Shown: positions 32,701 to 35,132 of the stretch, one piece after another
Numbering within the stretch: the stretch's first letter is position 1
How the letters are laid out: the number at the start of each line of letters is the position of its first letter
Source of the DNA: Thraustochytrium aureum
Lineage: Eukaryota
DNA length: 35,132 nt
Direction of reading: 5' to 3'
Assembly: GCA_012862495.1 (NCBI GenBank)
Contig: BLSG01000178.1
Coordinates: forward strand, 84,755-119,886
Made by a program: the position numbers and the translations under genes
The notes under the pieces: generated by a model
Database searches by the model: none
What the model was told of the DNA's origin: nothing
Seen by the model: only the letters and a program-made list of their open reading frames with translations

Positions 32701-33076
32701 CGATTAGGAGCACGATGACGGCCTCGAACCACGTTGTGCGCACAATAGCAATAGCGGCCATCCGAAGCGGATTTCCCCGCGTTAGGCACCCGAGCACGAC
32801 CTCGTTGAACTGGAGCGGGGTTTGCCCAAACCCGAACGTGCCCGCGTAGTACGGGTCGAGTTTGGGCGGCGCGTTTCGCGTGGAGCCCGTCGAGTAAAGC
32901 GACCCAAGAGACGCCAGCGAGCCGAGGCGCCCACTTCTGGTTTCTGGTGGCCCCAGAGACTCCATGCTTATCACCAGCGACGTCTCGAGGTTCCTTCCCT
33001 GCGCATCGTTGGGCTGCCCATCATGACTTGGTCGCCGCGCTAAGGGTGACTCAATTGGCGGCTCGCTGCGGAGCAT
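26732..33076 (-). CDS. Four-domain voltage-gated cation channel alpha subunit (Cav/Nav superfamily) with EEEE filter; apparent frameshifts at ~32203 and ~29409, gap in the I-II linker
   Basis: Four 6TM repeats with S4 segments LRCVRILRPLRTL, FRLLRVLRFLKLA, LRALRALRPLRTV and LRVLRVLRLLKLV. Pore loops are ITQEGW, ISGENW, SSMEIW and STGESW. S6 segments include LFLLNLFVAVILSSF. Confidence 0.95.
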
Positions 33077-34058
33077 GGGGAGGAAGGACAAGCTCGCAAG
33101 CTAGAGAGAGGCGTGGTGGCGCCGACTGACGCTCGGGACCGCGGATTGCGCGGGCCTGGCTTCGGGCCCGCGTGGGCAGCCTTGCGCGTGCACGGCGCAG
33201 GGCGTCGCGAGAAAAGGAGTTGTCAACAGCCGTAGCTGTGGCGCCCGCAGCCCCAGCCCAAAGGGCTCGCGCTCTCCCACGGGACCAAACGACAAGCAGG
33301 GCTTCGCGCGCCCTCGCCACGCGGCGCGCAAGCCCGCCAGCCAGCCGGCCNNNNNNNNNNNNNNNNNNNNNNNNNNNNNNNNNNNNNNNNNNNNNNNNNN
33401 NNNNNNNNNNNNNNNNNNNNNNNNNNNNNNNNNNNNNNNNNNNNNNNNNNNNNNNNNNNNNNNNNNNNNNNNNNNNNNNNNNNNNNNNNNNNNNNNNNNN
33501 NNNNNNNNNNNNNNNNNNNNNNNNNNNNNNNNNNNNNNNNNNNNNNNNNNNNNNNNNNNNNNNNNNNNNNNNNNNNNNNNNNNNNNNNNNNNNNNNNNNN
33601 NNNNNNNNNNNNNNNNNNNNNNNNNNNNNNNNNNNNNNNNNNNNNNNNNNNNNNNNNNNNNNNNNNNNNNNNNNNNNNNNNNNNNNNNNNNNNNNNNNNN
33701 NNNNNNNNNNNNNNNNNNNNNNNNNNNNNNNNNNNNNNNNNNNNNNNNNNNNNNNNNNNNNNNNNNNNNNNNNNNNNNNNNNNNNNNNNNNNNNNNNNNN
33801 NNNNNNNNNNNNNNNNNNNNNNNNNNNNNNNNNNNNNNNNNNNNNNNNNNNNNNNNNNNNNNNNNNNNNNNNNNNNNNNNNNNNNNNNNNNNNNNNNNNN
33901 NNNNNNNNNNNNNNNNNNNNNNNNNNNNNNNNNNNNNNNNNNNNNNNNNNNNNNNNNNNNNNNNNNNNNNNNNNNNNNNNNNNNNNNNNNNNNNNNNNNN
34001 NNNNNNNNNNNNNNNNNNNNNNNNNNNNNNNNNNNNNNNNNNNNNNNNNNNNNNNNNN

Positions 34059-35132
34059 ATGTGGTGCACGAAGACCGCGAGGTGGAGCGAGGGCCTGCGG
34101 GCACGAACAGCAAGGTGCCGAGGTACAGGCAGCGGCAAGGCTATGTCCCTCGCAGGCCAGAAGACCACGGGGACGGCGGCGCTTTTCCCGAGATCCACGT
34201 GGCCCAGTACCCGCTCGGTATGGGCCGCAAGGACAAAGCAGGCGGGGCCAGCGCGAGCAACGCGATCGCGCTGACGGTAGACAAGGACGGGCGCGCAGAG
34301 TTTGACGCGATCGTGAAGCGAGGGCAGGGCGCGCTGGGCGTACAGAGCCGGTTTGAAGACCTCGTGGCGCAGAACGCGACCGTGGCGCAAAACCCGGGGC
34401 TGGCGGCGCCAACGCGGGAGGCGGAGGACGAGACGGCGCGGCGCACGGCGGAGGCGCTCGCGGCACGCATCGGTAGCAAGGTGGCCGCGTCGCGCGCCGT
34501 GCAGGTAGTGGACAACAGCGCGGCGGACGCCTCCCTGGCCAAGCCGCGGTACATCGCGTACGAGCCGCAGGGCGCGGGCGCAGCGGGCAAGCAGACGCGC
34601 GTGATCCGCATGGTCGAGGCGCAAAAGGACCCGCTGGACTTGCCCCGAATGCAAATCAAGAAGCAGCCGCGCGCCGCGCCAGTAGAGGCGCCCGCGCCGG
34701 TGCTGCGCGCCCCCCAAGCCAGGCTGAGCGCAGAGGAGAAGCGCGACGTGATCATCCCGCCCTGCATCTCCAAGTGGAAGAACGCACGCGGGTACACGAT
34801 CCCTCTCGACAAGCGGCTCGCGTCGGACGGGCGCGGGCTCGAGCAGCCGACAGTGAGCGACAAGTTTGCCTCGTTGTCCGAGGCTTTGTACATAGCCGAA
34901 AACCAGGCGCGCCAGGAGATCGAGGCGCGCAATCGCGACAAGCAGTTCCTGCTCAAGAAGGAGAGCGAGCGCAGGGAGGAGGAGCTGCGCAAGTTGGCAG
35001 CTGAGGCCCGCGCAGAGCGCGACGGGCGCGCGAGGGTCGCTCGCCTCGTTGAGAGCCCTGGGCCGCAGGGCCGAGGCGGTGATGGCGACAACTCGGGGGC
35101 CGACACACCGCCGTACAGAGCTTCAGCCGCGC
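34059..35132 (+). CDS. SNW1: SNW1/SKIP/Prp45 spliceosomal protein; partial at both ends and absent from the ORF track
   Basis: Hand translation from 34061 gives VPRYRQRQGYVPRRPEDHGDGGAFPEIHVAQYPLGMGRK, RYIAYEP, RVIRMVEAQKDPLDLPR, IPPCISKWKNARGYTIPLDKRLASDGRGL, FASLSEALYIAENQARQEI and EEELRKLAAEAR. Confidence 0.96.

Noticed and set aside
1..33076. Calling the frameshifted genes pseudogenes
   Set aside because: Catalytic and structural motifs are intact, the corrected frames show no nonsense substitutions, and simultaneous decay of this many unrelated conserved genes is implausible.
34141..35106. 321-aa minus-strand ORF and other long antisense ORFs (e.g. 1158..2159, 9302..10195)
   Set aside because: Shadow ORFs opposite well-supported genes, as expected in high-GC coding DNA.

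Overview
GC-rich, gene-dense eukaryotic (protist) genomic DNA interrupted by ten N-runs. No introns are needed to explain any recognisable gene. Left to right: Tex/SRBD1-like S1 protein (+, 5'-partial), membrane-anchored patatin phospholipase (+), Rictor/Avo3 of TORC2 (+, N-terminus in a gap), an uncertain unknown gene (+), Cdc14 phosphatase (-), Delta-9-type acyl desaturase (-), a small tail-anchored hypothetical protein (+), DJ-1/PfpI protein (-), TMEM131-like protein (+), a four-domain voltage-gated channel with an EEEE (Ca2+-type) filter (-), and spliceosomal SNW1/SKIP/Prp45 (+, partial). Most genes are broken by single-base indels of both signs, mostly at short G/C homopolymers. This points to unpolished long-read errors, not pseudogenes or programmed frameshifting. 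A stramenopile-like source (e.g. a labyrinthulomycete) is my inference only. I see no convincing novel multi-gene system. The most interesting items are the EEEE channel with a Nav-like III-IV linker, the SNW-to-SKW change in SNW1, a large unexplained insert in Rictor, the 2TM-patatin architecture, and a desaturase with three hidden compensating indels.
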